A stretch of 59,855 nt of DNA, filler included. It is 9 parts of 9 records of this genome, joined end to end, with 100 filler letters (N's around TTAATTAATTAA, not from the genome) between each part and the next. Parts side by side here need not be neighbours in the genome. Positions count along the whole stretch, not along the records: positions 1 to 5,562 come from SRR31147125_102247; positions 5,663 to 10,673 come from SRR31147125_102323; 7 more parts are not named here. One strand, given 5' to 3'. Shown here one piece after another: positions 1 through 10,673 of this stretch. Positions within the stretch are counted from its first letter, which is position 1. Each line of letters opens with the position of its first letter. The notes beneath the pieces were generated by a model that was not told the DNA's origin, searched no databases, and saw only the letters and a program-made list of their open reading frames with translations. Made by a program: the position numbers and the translations under genes.

Positions 1-461
1 AGTGGGTCCTGCAAAGCAGCCAACTCTGGAGCCAGATTTATGTCGTTTTTCCAGATGTTGAATGCAGGCATAACGAAATATTCACGAAAGGCTCCATCGA
101 CATCGTAGCCGATACCCTTCCAGTGGTAACAAACATGGGCGTTGCCTGTCCTGCAATTGTCACACATACCGCAGACGAGATGCCCTTCACCAGACACATA
201 ATCGCCTTCCTTGACGTTAACCACGCCTTTTCCGACCTTGACGACTTCCGAGGAAAACTCGTGCCCGATAATGGTTGGAATCTTCACTCTGCCTTGTGAC
301 CACGGGTCCCAATTGTAGATATGGAGATCGGTTCCGCAAATTGCAACAGCTTTGTTTTTAAGGAGTACTTCACCTTGCTTAGGTTCGGGAATAGGTACAT
401 CTTCAAGCTCAAGACCATCCTCTTCCGGTCTGGCTTTGATAATAGCTTTCGTAGTTGCCAT
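1..461 (-). CDS. tdh: L-threonine 3-dehydrogenase (Zn-dependent MDR family), 3' truncated by window edge
   Basis: Manual translation from ATG at 461: MATTKAIIKARPEEDGLEL...AICGTDLHIYNWDPWSQGRVKIPTIIGHEF...GEGHLVCGMCDNCRTGNAHVC...LAALQDP. Not in the ORF track because it runs off the edge. Confidence 0.88.
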   Translation of the reverse strand, partial: MATTKAIIKARPEEDGLELEDVPIPEPKQGEVLLKNKAVAICGTDLHIYNWDPWSQGRVKIPTIIGHEFSSEVVKVGKGVVNVKEGDYVSGEGHLVCGMCDNCRTGNAHVCYHWKGIGYDVDGAFREYFVMPAFNIWKNDINLAPELAALQDP

Positions 462-512
462 GATGTCACTTTCGTAAATTGTTAATAAACCAATCCACAA
501 AACACAATGGCA

Positions 513-540
513 ATTCTACTCGCCGAATTTTAACAGTCAA
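513..540 (-). promoter_or_regulatory. Candidate sigma70 promoter of tdh
   Basis: TTGACT-N16-TAGAAT on the minus strand about 50 nt upstream of the ATG. Confidence 0.4.
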
Positions 541-585
541 AGCATTTCGGTAGTTTTTTTAGGAAAGTGGAGAATTCTGCTTTTG

Positions 586-1974
586 CTAGATCGAATCCAC
601 ATCCGGCTCAAATCCTGTGATTTTGGACATGGCATATGACCAGCGTTTGAGCTTTTTCATATCTGGAGTTTCTGGATAAAGATCGTAGAAATTGTAAACA
701 GCATTCATCTTGGCAACTGGAATCATGAACTTGCCTGAAATGATTGGAGATTTAATCGCTGTTTTCGTTAAATCGATCATTTCCGAAATGCTCGGTTTTA
801 CCATTCTTTGCAAAAAGCCCTTTACGGCAAGATCCCGATTGAGAAGTCCGGCTCTGGAAAGCTTTTCCATCTGTTTATTTGAAAGCTTCTGTAAAAATCT
901 GCGCGAAACATGATATGCTGCCGAAGTACGCCCTATTTCCTTTAAAAATGCCGCTTGATAGGCCCATGTCGCCTGCAATGATCCGGGATCACCATGCCCG
1001 GTTACTGTCTCCGAGAGTATCTTGCCAGCGATCATTCCTGTTCCAACACCGCTTCCATGAGCCGGAAATACCTGCGATCCGGCATCACCAACCAGAACTA
1101 TACCGGGAGCCGCCATTCTGTCGTATGGTCTTCTCATGTGTATGACTCTGGCACCACCAAAGAGCGGTTCACCGATCCATGGTTTATCGGCAATAAACTC
1201 CTGCATGATCTGGGGGCCTGTTTTGTGTTTTCCATCACCAATAGCTCCGCAAAGAAGCTCACACACTCCAAGCTTGACATCGATGAAGAAGCAGATTGTG
1301 GAAAAACCACCAGCCACAGCGGTAAAACACAATATTTTGTCGGAATCGATATCGTATCGTTCCTTGTATGTTCTTGCACCACTTCTGTCACGAAGCTCAA
1401 ACACGGTCTGCTTGGCGTTACACATATCGTCAGGAGTACAAGGTTTGCAATGACGGCTAAGTTCCGGAACTTTTCTTAACAATGCACCATTTTTGCCGGT
1501 AGCATCGACAAAAAGCCTTGCAGAAATCTTGATCTTTAATTTCTGACCGTAGCCGGTTTCCATTGTCGCACGAAGAGTTGTCGGTCTGTTTCCCTGAAAC
1601 TCGAATGATTCAGGCTGCAATCTTTCAAACGCTACAGTTCCTGCTTTTATGGCTTTTTCCTGTAAACGCCTGACCAACATTCGCATGTCAATATTATGAA
1701 CAGGGGCAGGTTCTATCGAAAACATTCGATGCCCACCGTAAGTGCGCATGATAACGGCATCATTGCCGCCTCTGTCTTCCGGTGTTTTGGGTCTTTCAAG
1801 ATCTGCTCGATCAAACATCCAGGGCGCAATGCCGTTAACCCATCTGGCACCAGCTTCCCCAAAAGATTTTTGATCGAAAATAGCTACTTTATAGCCATGT
1901 TTGGCCAGGTGATACGCAGCAGCGGCACCTGATGATCCTGCTCCAGCAACAACTACATCGAAGTTATAACTCAT
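586..1974 (-). CDS. NAD(P)/FAD-dependent oxidoreductase, geranylgeranyl reductase-like
   Basis: N-terminal DVVVAGAGSSG Rossmann motif, VDATG and LVGDAG...GSGVG motifs; 462 aa. Confidence 0.8.
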   Translation of the reverse strand: MSYNFDVVVAGAGSSGAAAAYHLAKHGYKVAIFDQKSFGEAGARWVNGIAPWMFDRADLERPKTPEDRGGNDAVIMRTYGGHRMFSIEPAPVHNIDMRMLVRRLQEKAIKAGTVAFERLQPESFEFQGNRPTTLRATMETGYGQKLKIKISARLFVDATGKNGALLRKVPELSRHCKPCTPDDMCNAKQTVFELRDRSGARTYKERYDIDSDKILCFTAVAGGFSTICFFIDVKLGVCELLCGAIGDGKHKTGPQIMQEFIADKPWIGEPLFGGARVIHMRRPYDRMAAPGIVLVGDAGSQVFPAHGSGVGTGMIAGKILSETVTGHGDPGSLQATWAYQAAFLKEIGRTSAAYHVSRRFLQKLSNKQMEKLSRAGLLNRDLAVKGFLQRMVKPSISEMIDLTKTAIKSPIISGKFMIPVAKMNAVYNFYDLYPETPDMKKLKRWSYAMSKITGFEPDVDSI

Positions 1975-2025
1975 GCTTTACACCTGCACAAACTTGCCAT
2001 AAGAGTCCTGATTTCACTAAACTAT

Positions 2026-2958
2026 TTAAAATTCTTCATCAATTGGAGCTTTTTCTTCAGGCTTAGGCTCCGGAAAACCCATATCTTTTTTTAGTTCTTT
2101 AGCAGCTCTTTTTTCAGCAGCATCGAAAAGCGAGAATAAAAGTTCCGAGTAAATTCCATCTGCCTTAAGATCCATCTTGATATCCGATAAAACGATTCGT
2201 CGTTTTAAATCCCATGTTTTGATTCTTACTTTGGCAACGCCGCGATACTTGGGATTTACAGCAGAACCGATGTTTTTGGTTTTCGGCATCTTTACCGTTC
2301 CGGCGATAAGAACATCCGCGCCACCAATTTCCTTAATAACTTTCAATTCTTTCTTTCTGCCTTTATACAGGTTCGGAATATCTTTGTCCTTGACCGGCAG
2401 TTTATACGGATCCGGTGGTACCATTTCGTACTCACTTGAGATAGCATCATACATTGCCTGTTCTACCGCAGAGGCATCAGCGTCACCTTCAGCAGCTTTT
2501 CCGAGTATTTTGACAAGGACTTTGCGCTTTTTGGGTTTGTAGTCAAACAAACTACGGATAACCTTGCCTAATTCCGCTTCCAAACCGGCAGTGCTGACTC
2601 TTCTGGGAACGATCCCTGTGGCTTTTTCTTCAGTTCCGCCTATTACCGAACTGATAGTGATTTTAAAGCCTTTTTTGCATTTTTTAGCCACTACAGACAT
2701 TGTTCTCGAAGTATCCGGTGTCGCCTTTTTCACAAAAGCGTACCGATCATCCCTTGTAAGGAATTCCCCAATAAAATCAGCCATTTTCCTGAAGGCTTTA
2801 GGGCTTTTGGGTGCTTTTAACTTGGATATTGCAACCGTTATTTTGCCATCATCGGCTTTGGCTGCCTTTGTTGATTTTTCTTCGGCAAATGAATTGAAGC
2901 TTGCTAAAAGAAAACAGGCAAGCACCAAAAATACTGTAATAATTCGTACTCGTGACAT
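2026..2958 (-). CDS. Hypothetical secreted Lys-rich protein
   Basis: 310-aa ORF with a signal peptide (MSRVRIITVFLVLACFLLASFNSFA); no family recognised. Confidence 0.7.
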   Translation of the reverse strand: MSRVRIITVFLVLACFLLASFNSFAEEKSTKAAKADDGKITVAISKLKAPKSPKAFRKMADFIGEFLTRDDRYAFVKKATPDTSRTMSVVAKKCKKGFKITISSVIGGTEEKATGIVPRRVSTAGLEAELGKVIRSLFDYKPKKRKVLVKILGKAAEGDADASAVEQAMYDAISSEYEMVPPDPYKLPVKDKDIPNLYKGRKKELKVIKEIGGADVLIAGTVKMPKTKNIGSAVNPKYRGVAKVRIKTWDLKRRIVLSDIKMDLKADGIYSELLFSLFDAAEKRAAKELKKDMGFPEPKPEEKAPIDEEF

Positions 2959-3092
2959 TTTATACCCCTAACACATTATCAATTAATATTTAATGAGCAT
3001 CATCCATATCGACAATCAAATTATAAGAAAATAGAATGTTTTGGGCAAGTGTATTCGTTGGGAAGAGGGTTTTTTCTGGAAATAGGAAAGAA

Positions 3093-4013
3093 TTATGTCA
3101 TTCTTTGCGTTTTCCTGATTGTCTTTTCATACCAGATCCAGGGCTCGATGAATATTCCAGTGATTATTCGTATCGGTTTCGATGCGAAAACAAGTGCGCT
3201 TAGATAGGCGATAGCAAATGAAAAGAGTAGCGGAACAAGAAATTCGGAATTTGCGAGAGTATCGAAAACTCGCTTAGATGTTTCTTCTGTAAACAAATAA
3301 CTCAATAATTCAGGCAAGTTATAGTTTTTAAATAACCACGACAATAAAGCCAGAATGTGATCCTGCAACAGGAAAATATACATCGTATATTGCCCGATAC
3401 TAGCGTACTTTTTGTATCGCTTGCCCTTGAAGTTCGGGAAAATGGCCAACACAATAAAAATCATCACCAGAGAGAAAAGATAGAAGTTGAATCTTCCAAA
3501 GGCATTTGCTGAATACCAACTGAACCATTCGACTTTAGCTTCATGATTTATGTTCAAAAACAGTAACAAACTGGCCAAAAACAGCACAAAAGCCGATATA
3601 AAGATAAAGAACAGAAATTCCAAGCCAGAATGCAGACTTCAGCACCTTGCGGTTTTCGATCAAAGGAGCTTCGCTTTTCAAAATCAGCACCAAGCCCACA
3701 AGCATTCGGAATAGAGCTAAAATAAAAAGATACCAGCTATTTGCGTAAGGATACAAAATATACGAAGCCAATCCTGAAAAATAGTAAATGCTTTGCAGAA
3801 TAACGGCAGGTAAAAGCAGAAATTTCAAAGAGTTTTCAATTATCCGCTTTGGGTTGCTTTTGTTTTTCTCGGTAGGCGTAAAAATTCCGGCAAACTCACA
3901 TTCTCTATGCTGTGATCTACGGATACATGTCCCATGAAGATCAAAACTCCGACAACCCAGAACTTCAGGTTGTCGAAAAAGTAATCTCGCGGTTTTTGCA
4001 CTGTTTGATCCAT
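3093..4013 (-). pseudogene. Acyltransferase family 3 (membrane O-acetyltransferase), disrupted
   Basis: Starts MDQTVQKPRDYFFDNLKFWVVGVLIFMGH (R-x-x-x-x-DNLK...GH motif), shifts frame to FAGIF...PYANSWYLFIL, then shifts again to ...IGQYTMYIFLLQ; the HMPxF segment is missing. Confidence 0.65.
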
Positions 4014-4040
4014 AATTATTATTGCTGCTTCCCTGATATC

Positions 4041-4070
4041 AAAAAAAGGCGGACATAAGCCCGCCTTTTC
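4041..4070 (-). terminator. Rho-independent terminator
   Basis: AAAAGGCGG-loop-CCGCCTTTT hairpin with a T7 tail on the minus strand, just after the 4093 stop. Confidence 0.75.
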
Positions 4071-4092
4071 GTATTTGGTTGTCTAATCCTTA

Positions 4093-5562
4093 TTAGCCAT
4101 CGAGATGATCGGCGATAATTTCGATAACGTCACGAACCTTGACGTCGTCTTCCATATCCTTGGCTTTGGAACCATCGGTAATCATTGTCATGCAATATGG
4201 ACAGGAAACACCGATAAGGCTCGGATTGCTTGTGTCTTTCATGATGTTTTCAAAGCGAATCTCGTTGACTCTCGGCTGCTCTTCTTCCATCCACATTCTT
4301 CCACCACCAGCACCGCAACAGAATGATGTTGATCTCGAAAGCTCAGGATCGACAACAGTCGCTCCGGCTTTTTCAAGCAGTTCTCTCGGTGATTCGTAAA
4401 TGTCATTATAGCGTCCAAGCATACATGAATCATGGTAGGCGACATTGCCAAGACCATTGGCTTTAATGTTCAGTTTGCCATCGTCAACCAGCTTGTTCAC
4501 GAAATCTGCGGCGTGCCAGACTTCATCGAATTCCATATCGAAATCGGAATATTCGTTTTTAAGAGTGTTAAAGCAATGCGGACAAAAAGCGATAACTTTC
4601 TTGACGTTGTAAGCCTTGAAAATCTCGACGTTTACATCGATCATAATCTGACCGAGGAATTCGTTTCCGAGGCGTCTTGCAGTCTCACCGCAACATTGTT
4701 CTTCTTCACCCAAAACAGCGTAATTCACACCGGCATGATTGAGGATTTTGCACATGGCGTTGGCGATTTTCATGCTGCGGATATCGAATGAACCCATACA
4801 TCCGACGTAAAGCAGATATTCTGCATCGGGGTTTTCGGAATAAAGAGGAACCGGAACTTCTTCAGTAATCCAGTCACCACGTTTATCAGATCCTAGTCCC
4901 CAGGGATTCGAGTTTCTTTCCCAACCTCTGAATGTGTTGTTCAGTTCCTGCGGCATATCGCCTTCAATCATCACGAGGCGGCGTCTTAGTTCAATGATTC
5001 TCGGAAGCTGTTCGATCATAACCGGACAGCGTTCTTCGCAGTCACGACAAAGAGTACAGGCCCAGATTGTTTCGGCAGAAATAACGCCACCGCAAGTCGG
5101 CTCACCTTCGTATTCCATTTCCTTGCCATCAGGACCGGTCTTTTTGCCAAGCAAAAACGGAGCACGTTCATATAGATGATGTTTGGATTCCGAGTTCACT
5201 TTCTTGAGCGACAAAGGTTTATCGGTAACCCATGCAGGGCATTGTGGCATACAACGACCGCATTCGGTACATGTGTAAAGATCGAGAATTTCTTTCCATG
5301 TGTATTGTTCGACATTTTCATATCCAACGACTACATTTGGATCATCTTCCATCTGTTCGATTTTATCTTCGAGGTCTTCCAGCTTTCTCATGTGACCCGG
5401 TGATTCGAGTCTTGAGAAAAATACGTTAGGAATAGCTGTAATGATATGGAAATGTTTTCCGAACGGCAGGTAGTTCAGGAAAACGAGAATCATTACCGAG
5501 TGAACCCAAACCATAGCTTCCCAAAGAATCTGACCGGATTCGGCAGTAAGCATCGGAGCAAA
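4093..5562 (-). CDS. Membrane (Fe-S)-binding oxidoreductase with 4Fe-4S and CCG domains (FadF/HdrED-like), 5' partial
   Basis: YLPFGKHFHI, CTECGRCMPQCP, CTLCRDCEERCP, CCGE, CPHC, YHDSC, CCGAGGG and CPYC motifs. Confidence 0.88.
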   Translation of the reverse strand, partial: FAPMLTAESGQILWEAMVWVHSVMILVFLNYLPFGKHFHIITAIPNVFFSRLESPGHMRKLEDLEDKIEQMEDDPNVVVGYENVEQYTWKEILDLYTCTECGRCMPQCPAWVTDKPLSLKKVNSESKHHLYERAPFLLGKKTGPDGKEMEYEGEPTCGGVISAETIWACTLCRDCEERCPVMIEQLPRIIELRRRLVMIEGDMPQELNNTFRGWERNSNPWGLGSDKRGDWITEEVPVPLYSENPDAEYLLYVGCMGSFDIRSMKIANAMCKILNHAGVNYAVLGEEEQCCGETARRLGNEFLGQIMIDVNVEIFKAYNVKKVIAFCPHCFNTLKNEYSDFDMEFDEVWHAADFVNKLVDDGKLNIKANGLGNVAYHDSCMLGRYNDIYESPRELLEKAGATVVDPELSRSTSFCCGAGGGRMWMEEEQPRVNEIRFENIMKDTSNPSLIGVSCPYCMTMITDGSKAKDMEDDVKVRDVIEIIADHLDG

Positions 5563-5662
5563 NNNNNNNNNNNNNNNNNNNNNNNNNNNNNNNNNNNNNN
5601 NNNNNNTTAATTAATTAANNNNNNNNNNNNNNNNNNNNNNNNNNNNNNNNNNNNNNNNNNNN
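5563..5662. other. Artificial contig linker
   Basis: N44-TTAATTAATTAA-N44 (stops in all six frames). The same linker recurs at 10674, 17005, 27301, 32905, 39131, 45258 and 52740. Confidence 0.98.
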
Positions 5663-6691
5663 CAGCGTCGAGGTGCTGTTTCCACGCCTGGCAATTGATA
5701 CGATCCGGAACAGGTCGCTGGAGACGGTGAGCAGATCGGGTTCGATATCAATACCCGCGGCGCCCGGAACATTCTTATACCAATTGGTGTTGTTGATCGG
5801 ATTGATATAGGTCTCGTCGGCCCTGGCCTCCCGGTATTCGACCAGCGCCTCGGCCAGATCCGAATTTTCAACCGACAAGAGGGCCGACAGCACCAGCGCG
5901 TCGGCGGTGGAGATGTTGATTTTGCCATCATAGGTGAATTGGTCGTCACCGGATGCCGAGAGCCCGTGAACCGTCAGCAGGGAAGATATGCCGGCCACGC
6001 CGCCCGCACCGAAAAACAGTTCCGGTGTGACCCCTTGAACGAGAGCGATCTCTCCCAGGTGGTCGAAAGGACCGTTTTTGCAGCCGTATGGCGGGTCCAG
6101 CTGTTCGTAATAATCGGATTCGGCACCGCTCAAGCCCGTAATGGCCTCATCGTCGCCATCGTCCAACCAGTCTTTAAGGGAATTGATGATCATGCTCGGA
6201 TCACTGTCCGGCGTATCTTCGAACACGGAAAATACCTGATCCAGCAATCGCTCCCACAACAATCGCTGGGTGGCGGAAAACTGTTGGCCCTCGGGGAATT
6301 TGACCAGGGCATTGACCTGGATCTTGCCGCGCTCATCGGTGATGTTGACATCCACGCGGCCGTCATCGAACGGAATCAGTTCCACCATCTCGGCCACCTT
6401 TTCTGGGTTGGCCCAATCCTCCTGAATGGTATCGCTATTGTTTTCCTTGCGGTCATTGATCAGCATCAGCATGGCGACCTGGGCGCCGGATAGGGCCATT
6501 TCAGAGAGGACCAGCTGCTCGCGGGCGCGTATGGCATTGCTGACCGAACTGCGGATCCGGCGATTCAATTCCAAGCCGGCGGTAAACAACACGGCGATCA
6601 CCCCCAGGGCCACCAGAATCGCCACCCCGCGCTGGTTGGTCAAAGTTGCCGACCTGGCCAGCTTATTCCTCGACGGCTTTGCGAAAAACAT
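5663..6691 (-). CDS. gspK: Type II secretion minor pseudopilin GspK, 3' partial
   Basis: NQRGVAIL prepilin site, ITDERGKIQVNAL, DWLD.DD, GAESDYY and GKINISTA motifs. Confidence 0.9.
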
Positions 6692-7370
6692 GCAGTGCTA
6701 CCCGTGTGGTGAATGTCCTCGACCGATCCCGGCCTCCGACGGTCAGGCGGATTTCCACTATCCGCGGCGTGGCATAATCGTTGTCGGCGGATTCCGAATC
6801 CCAGCGGTCGATCATTTCGCCTTCCTCATCCGCGTATTCGAATTCCAGGGCGATGATGTCGTCACATAAAACAGGGTCATCCTCGTTTTCTTCAAACTCG
6901 GAGACGGGGTAAAGATGGTCTGCGCGACGCAGCACCAAGGCGTCATGGAATCCCTTGTGAACATAGTAGACGATGCGGCATACCCCTTGACGCGGATCCT
7001 GGTTTAGCGCCAGATGGGCCAGGGAGGCGAATCGCAGACGCCCGAAGGTACTTCCGGCCACATCGCTGGTATCGCCCACCAGGCGGTAGTCATCCTCCGG
7101 TTCGTTGAACTCCGGCTTGGTGTACCGGGGGTAGTCTGAAATGACCAGGCCACTCAAATCCTTGCTCATGCGGTCCAGACAGATTCTGGCCGATTCAAAC
7201 ACGGCCACGTCTCCACCCACGGCGTCGGCGCTGGAAAAAACCGCGCGAAAGGAGCCGAATATCGTGGTGATGACGACGGCGAAAATGAAAATGGCCACCA
7301 TGATTTCCAGCAGGGTAAACCCGTGTTGCATCACCGATCCGGGCGGTGTCACTCGGCAGGCGCTATTCAT
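6663..7370 (-). CDS. gspJ: Type II secretion pseudopilin GspJ
   Basis: GFTLLEIMVAIFIFA N-methylation motif; lies between gspI and gspK. Confidence 0.8.
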   Translation of the reverse strand: MNSACRVTPPGSVMQHGFTLLEIMVAIFIFAVVITTIFGSFRAVFSSADAVGGDVAVFESARICLDRMSKDLSGLVISDYPRYTKPEFNEPEDDYRLVGDTSDVAGSTFGRLRFASLAHLALNQDPRQGVCRIVYYVHKGFHDALVLRRADHLYPVSEFEENEDDPVLCDDIIALEFEYADEEGEMIDRWDSESADNDYATPRIVEIRLTVGGRDRSRTFTTRVALHVFRKAVEE

Positions 7371-7836
7371 ACAGATACCTGTAGGTGGATAGCTGGAATG
7401 TTTGGTCGCCGGACCCGATGGTCAAGGTGATGCGTTTCAAGGCCGGTCCGTCGTCCTTTAACAGATCGGAGGTGGCGGTCTCGCTTTCAAGCTTCCATGT
7501 GTAGCCGGGGTGCAGGTCACCGAAATCGCCGCTGTCATCCATCAGATCGTTCAGATCGCCTGTCTCGATATCGGCCAGTTTCTGACGGGCCAGCATGGTT
7601 GCCACCGTGTCGAATCGCCCGCGGGCATCCATGAACAGGGTCTGGGTATGCATGCGATAGATGGCCGTCAAGGCGACCGCCACCACTGCCAGGGCGACCA
7701 TTACCTCCAAGAGCGTGAAGCCGTTTTGAGCGCCATGCCGGCGTGTCGTCCAATCCTGGCGCCGGTCGGCGTTTACCACCGGAAAGGGGCGCTGGTGCCT
7801 GTCGATCTGGTCGGCGCCATGCCTACCACCCCTCAT
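7363..7836 (-). CDS. gspI: Type II secretion pseudopilin GspI (start uncertain)
   Basis: GFTLLEVMVALAVVAVAL motif; short protein; gene order. Confidence 0.78.
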   Translation of the reverse strand: MRGGRHGADQIDRHQRPFPVVNADRRQDWTTRRHGAQNGFTLLEVMVALAVVAVALTAIYRMHTQTLFMDARGRFDTVATMLARQKLADIETGDLNDLMDDSGDFGDLHPGYTWKLESETATSDLLKDDGPALKRITLTIGSGDQTFQLSTYRYLYE

Positions 7837-8317
7837 CACCGCGAACCAGATTGACGCGCGGCAGAAACGGTTCGATGAAAAATGCCAGGCGATCACCGGC
7901 ATTGGTGCGTATGCGAATCACGGCCTTATCCGAATACCCCTGGGGGTGAAATCCGATGGCGACGGTTCCGCTGGACAAGCGATCGGTTGTGGAACGCGCC
8001 ACATGGTCTATGTTGACGCCGCGAGGCAGGCGGTGTCCTTTCTCGCGGGCCGTCGTTGCTTCGGTCTCGGCCAGATCGGCTGGTGCGACCCACAACTGCT
8101 GGGTATCCATCGAGACATTCAACAGGTATGATTTCTGCTGACTGACGGCGTTTTCCCTTGCCTGGCGAACATTGGCGATGATCCAGCGGGCGGTTTCCTC
8201 CTTGCCGTCGGATAAAAGGTCGCTGCTCAAACGCGGAATCGCCACCACCAGCATGATACTGATCAAGGCGGCCACGACGACCATTTCGATCAGGGTAAAC
8301 CCCCGGTCGTTGGCCAT
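7823..8317 (-). CDS. gspH: Type II secretion pseudopilin GspH
   Basis: MANDRGFTLIEMVVV...PRL; F.PQG motif near the C-terminus; follows gspG. Confidence 0.78.
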   Translation of the reverse strand: MANDRGFTLIEMVVVAALISIMLVVAIPRLSSDLLSDGKEETARWIIANVRQARENAVSQQKSYLLNVSMDTQQLWVAPADLAETEATTAREKGHRLPRGVNIDHVARSTTDRLSSGTVAIGFHPQGYSDKAVIRIRTNAGDRLAFFIEPFLPRVNLVRGDEGW

Positions 8318-8415
8318 GCGGGCGCCTTTGGCAGATGCATCGCCTGCCTGGCTTGCGGTCCTATGGGAGGGTGAGCGGCTGGATTTCAACGCGTCAGGCC
8401 ATTGATGGCGAGGGG

Positions 8416-8871
8416 TTAGTCGGATTCCCAGCTGTTGATGTCGGCATCGGTATCTTCGCCTCCGGATACGCCGTCGGCACCGTAGGCGATGATATCAAAA
8501 TCATCGTGGATGCCGGGGCTCAAATAGACAAAGTCGTTTCCCCAGGGATCCTTGGGCACTTTGCCCTTTTCCAGATATCCGCCTTTGCGCCAGTTCTTTG
8601 GAATGGTTCCCGAGGATGGCTGCTCCACCAGGGCTTGCAACCCCTGTTCGGTGGTGGGATAGGCGCCGTTGTCTAATTTGTAGAGCTTCAGCGCCGTTCC
8701 AATGCTTTCGATCTGCATACGGGCCTTGAGCTTTTTAGCCTGTTCCGGTCGTCCCATGATGCGAGGGACAATCAGCCCGGCCAGGATGCCGAGAATGACG
8801 ATGACCACCATGAGTTCGATCAAGGTAAAACCACGACGGTTGTTCACAACATGGGACAAGCGCAACTTCAT
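8416..8871 (-). CDS. gspG: Type II secretion major pseudopilin GspG
   Basis: [52 protein letters not shown] Shine-Dalgarno before the ATG at 8871. Confidence 0.95.
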   Translation of the reverse strand: MKLRLSHVVNNRRGFTLIELMVVIVILGILAGLIVPRIMGRPEQAKKLKARMQIESIGTALKLYKLDNGAYPTTEQGLQALVEQPSSGTIPKNWRKGGYLEKGKVPKDPWGNDFVYLSPGIHDDFDIIAYGADGVSGGEDTDADINSWESD

Positions 8872-9138
8872 GTTCCCTCCGTATGGGTGACACGTAGCTA
8901 TCAGGATGTTTTTCTTAACATGACAAAAAATATTAACCCAATGCGGTCCAACAATCAAGCGACAGGATGATTACTAAATGGTAATTATCGGCAAGCAGGG
9001 GCAAAGCTAAAATGATTAATCGTCAGTGGCCAGCGACCGGTGACCCCCACCCCATAAACCGTGGTCATCGGTTTAGGCTGAATGTGTTTTGACGGAAGGG
9101 CGGACGGTATTCTATCCGTTTTCCCCAACCCCATCTTT

Positions 9139-10365
9139 TTAGCCCACCAGCTGGTTCATTTCGAAAATAGGCAGGCAGATGGAAAGCACGATAAAGAGAA
9201 CCACGACGGCCATGACCAGGATCATGACCGGTTCCAGCATGGCCATCATGCTCATGATCGATGATTGGACTTCATTCTCATATACATCGGCGATTTTGTA
9301 GAGCATGGTCTCGAGCTCACCGCTTTGCTCACCCACCTGAACCATTTGTACCGCCAGGTCCGGGAACACGGCATCGGCGGCCAGTGACACTCCCAATCCC
9401 TGGCCCTTCTCGACCTCGCCCGACGCCTTTTCGATCAAACCGGAAATCACCACATTGCCGGTGACGTTCCTGACGATTTCCATGGCCGGCAGCATGGTTA
9501 CACCGTTCTCAAGCAATGAGGCCAGGGTGCGGGCGAAACGGGCCACGGCGATTTTCTTGAGCAGCGAACCGACGATGGGCATGGCCAGGAATACGCGATC
9601 CGTGGTGGCAAGCCCGCGTTCGGTTTTGCGAAAGGCTTTCAGGGCCACCAGGGCAATGATGATCAAAACGACCAACAACCACCAGTAGCCCTTGAAAATG
9701 TCGCTGGTGGCGATGAGAAATCGTGTCGGGGTGGGCAGGGCCTGGTTCATATCCTCGAAGATGGTCGTGATATTGGGAACCACGAAGGTCATCAGGAAGA
9801 AAAGCACCACGGTTCCGATGAGTGTCATGAGAATGGGGTAGGCCATGGCCGTTTGGATGCGGGATTTAAGCTCCTGCTGCTTTTCCATGATGTCGGCCAG
9901 GCGCTCGAGGACGATCTCCAAGGTGCCTGATGTCTCACCTGCTCGCACCATATTAATGTAGATCTGTGAGAAAACGGAAGGGTAGAGGGACAAGGCCGAG
10001 GCAAAGCTGTTGCCCTCCACAATGGAATCCTTGATGCGGGCGACGAGCTTGGTGAACCCTTGGGTCTTGGTCTGGGAAACCAGTGTCGTCAGGGCCGTTA
10101 CCAGGGGAAAACCGGCGGCGGTCAGGGTGGCCAGCTGCCTTGTCCACAGGCTTACCTGGGCCGGCGTGACCCGGTTGAAGATCCCCTGGAAAGGCGATTT
10201 GCGGGTTTCCTTGGAACTGTCGCCCTCGGTGATTTCTTTAACGCTGACGGGAAAACTGCCCATGGCGCGGATTTTCTGGCGGGCGGCCTGCGCCCCATCG
10301 GCATCGATGATGCCGTTGATGGTTTTTCCTTTGACGTCCAGGGCCTGGTAATCGAAAACGGGCAT
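9139..10365 (-). CDS. gspF: Type II secretion inner membrane protein GspF
   Basis: TRQLATL, VRAGETSG.L, AMAYP, VGEQSGELE and LEP motifs. Confidence 0.95.
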   Translation of the reverse strand: MPVFDYQALDVKGKTINGIIDADGAQAARQKIRAMGSFPVSVKEITEGDSSKETRKSPFQGIFNRVTPAQVSLWTRQLATLTAAGFPLVTALTTLVSQTKTQGFTKLVARIKDSIVEGNSFASALSLYPSVFSQIYINMVRAGETSGTLEIVLERLADIMEKQQELKSRIQTAMAYPILMTLIGTVVLFFLMTFVVPNITTIFEDMNQALPTPTRFLIATSDIFKGYWWLLVVLIIIALVALKAFRKTERGLATTDRVFLAMPIVGSLLKKIAVARFARTLASLLENGVTMLPAMEIVRNVTGNVVISGLIEKASGEVEKGQGLGVSLAADAVFPDLAVQMVQVGEQSGELETMLYKIADVYENEVQSSIMSMMAMLEPVMILVMAVVVLFIVLSICLPIFEMNQLVG

Positions 10366-10673
10366 GGCTGAACTTGCCAGCAGCGGCGCCGAAGCCGTGC
10401 CGCGAAAAAACCGTCCATTTGGTGGTTGTGCGGAGAGGTCCTGAGAAAACCGTCTTGATCCAGAAATGGAAGCACGCTTCTCTCTTCTATTGTCTGATGG
10501 TTACTTATAGCAAAGTTCGGGTGGTTTTTCAAAAACCGTGTGATCACCCCTTCATTTTCCTCCGGTTCCATGCTGCAAACGGAAAAGACCAGCACGCCGC
10601 CTGGCTTGACCAGCGGGGCGAGATGGTCGAGAAAACGAACCTGGCGGTCGGCATTGCGGGGGATGTCTTTTTT
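10152..10673 (-). CDS. rsmB: 16S rRNA m5C967 methyltransferase RsmB, C-terminal part; reading frame runs on into gspF
   Basis: LVKPGGVLVFSVCSMEPEENE...MDGFFAARLRR; homologous part ends near 10385 but the stop is at 10152. Confidence 0.8.
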   Translation of the reverse strand, partial: KKDIPRNADRQVRFLDHLAPLVKPGGVLVFSVCSMEPEENEGVITRFLKNHPNFAISNHQTIEERSVLPFLDQDGFLRTSPHNHQMDGFFAARLRRRCWQVQPCPFSITRPWTSKEKPSTASSMPMGRRPPARKSAPWAVFPSALKKSPRATVPRKPANRLSRGSSTGSRRPR

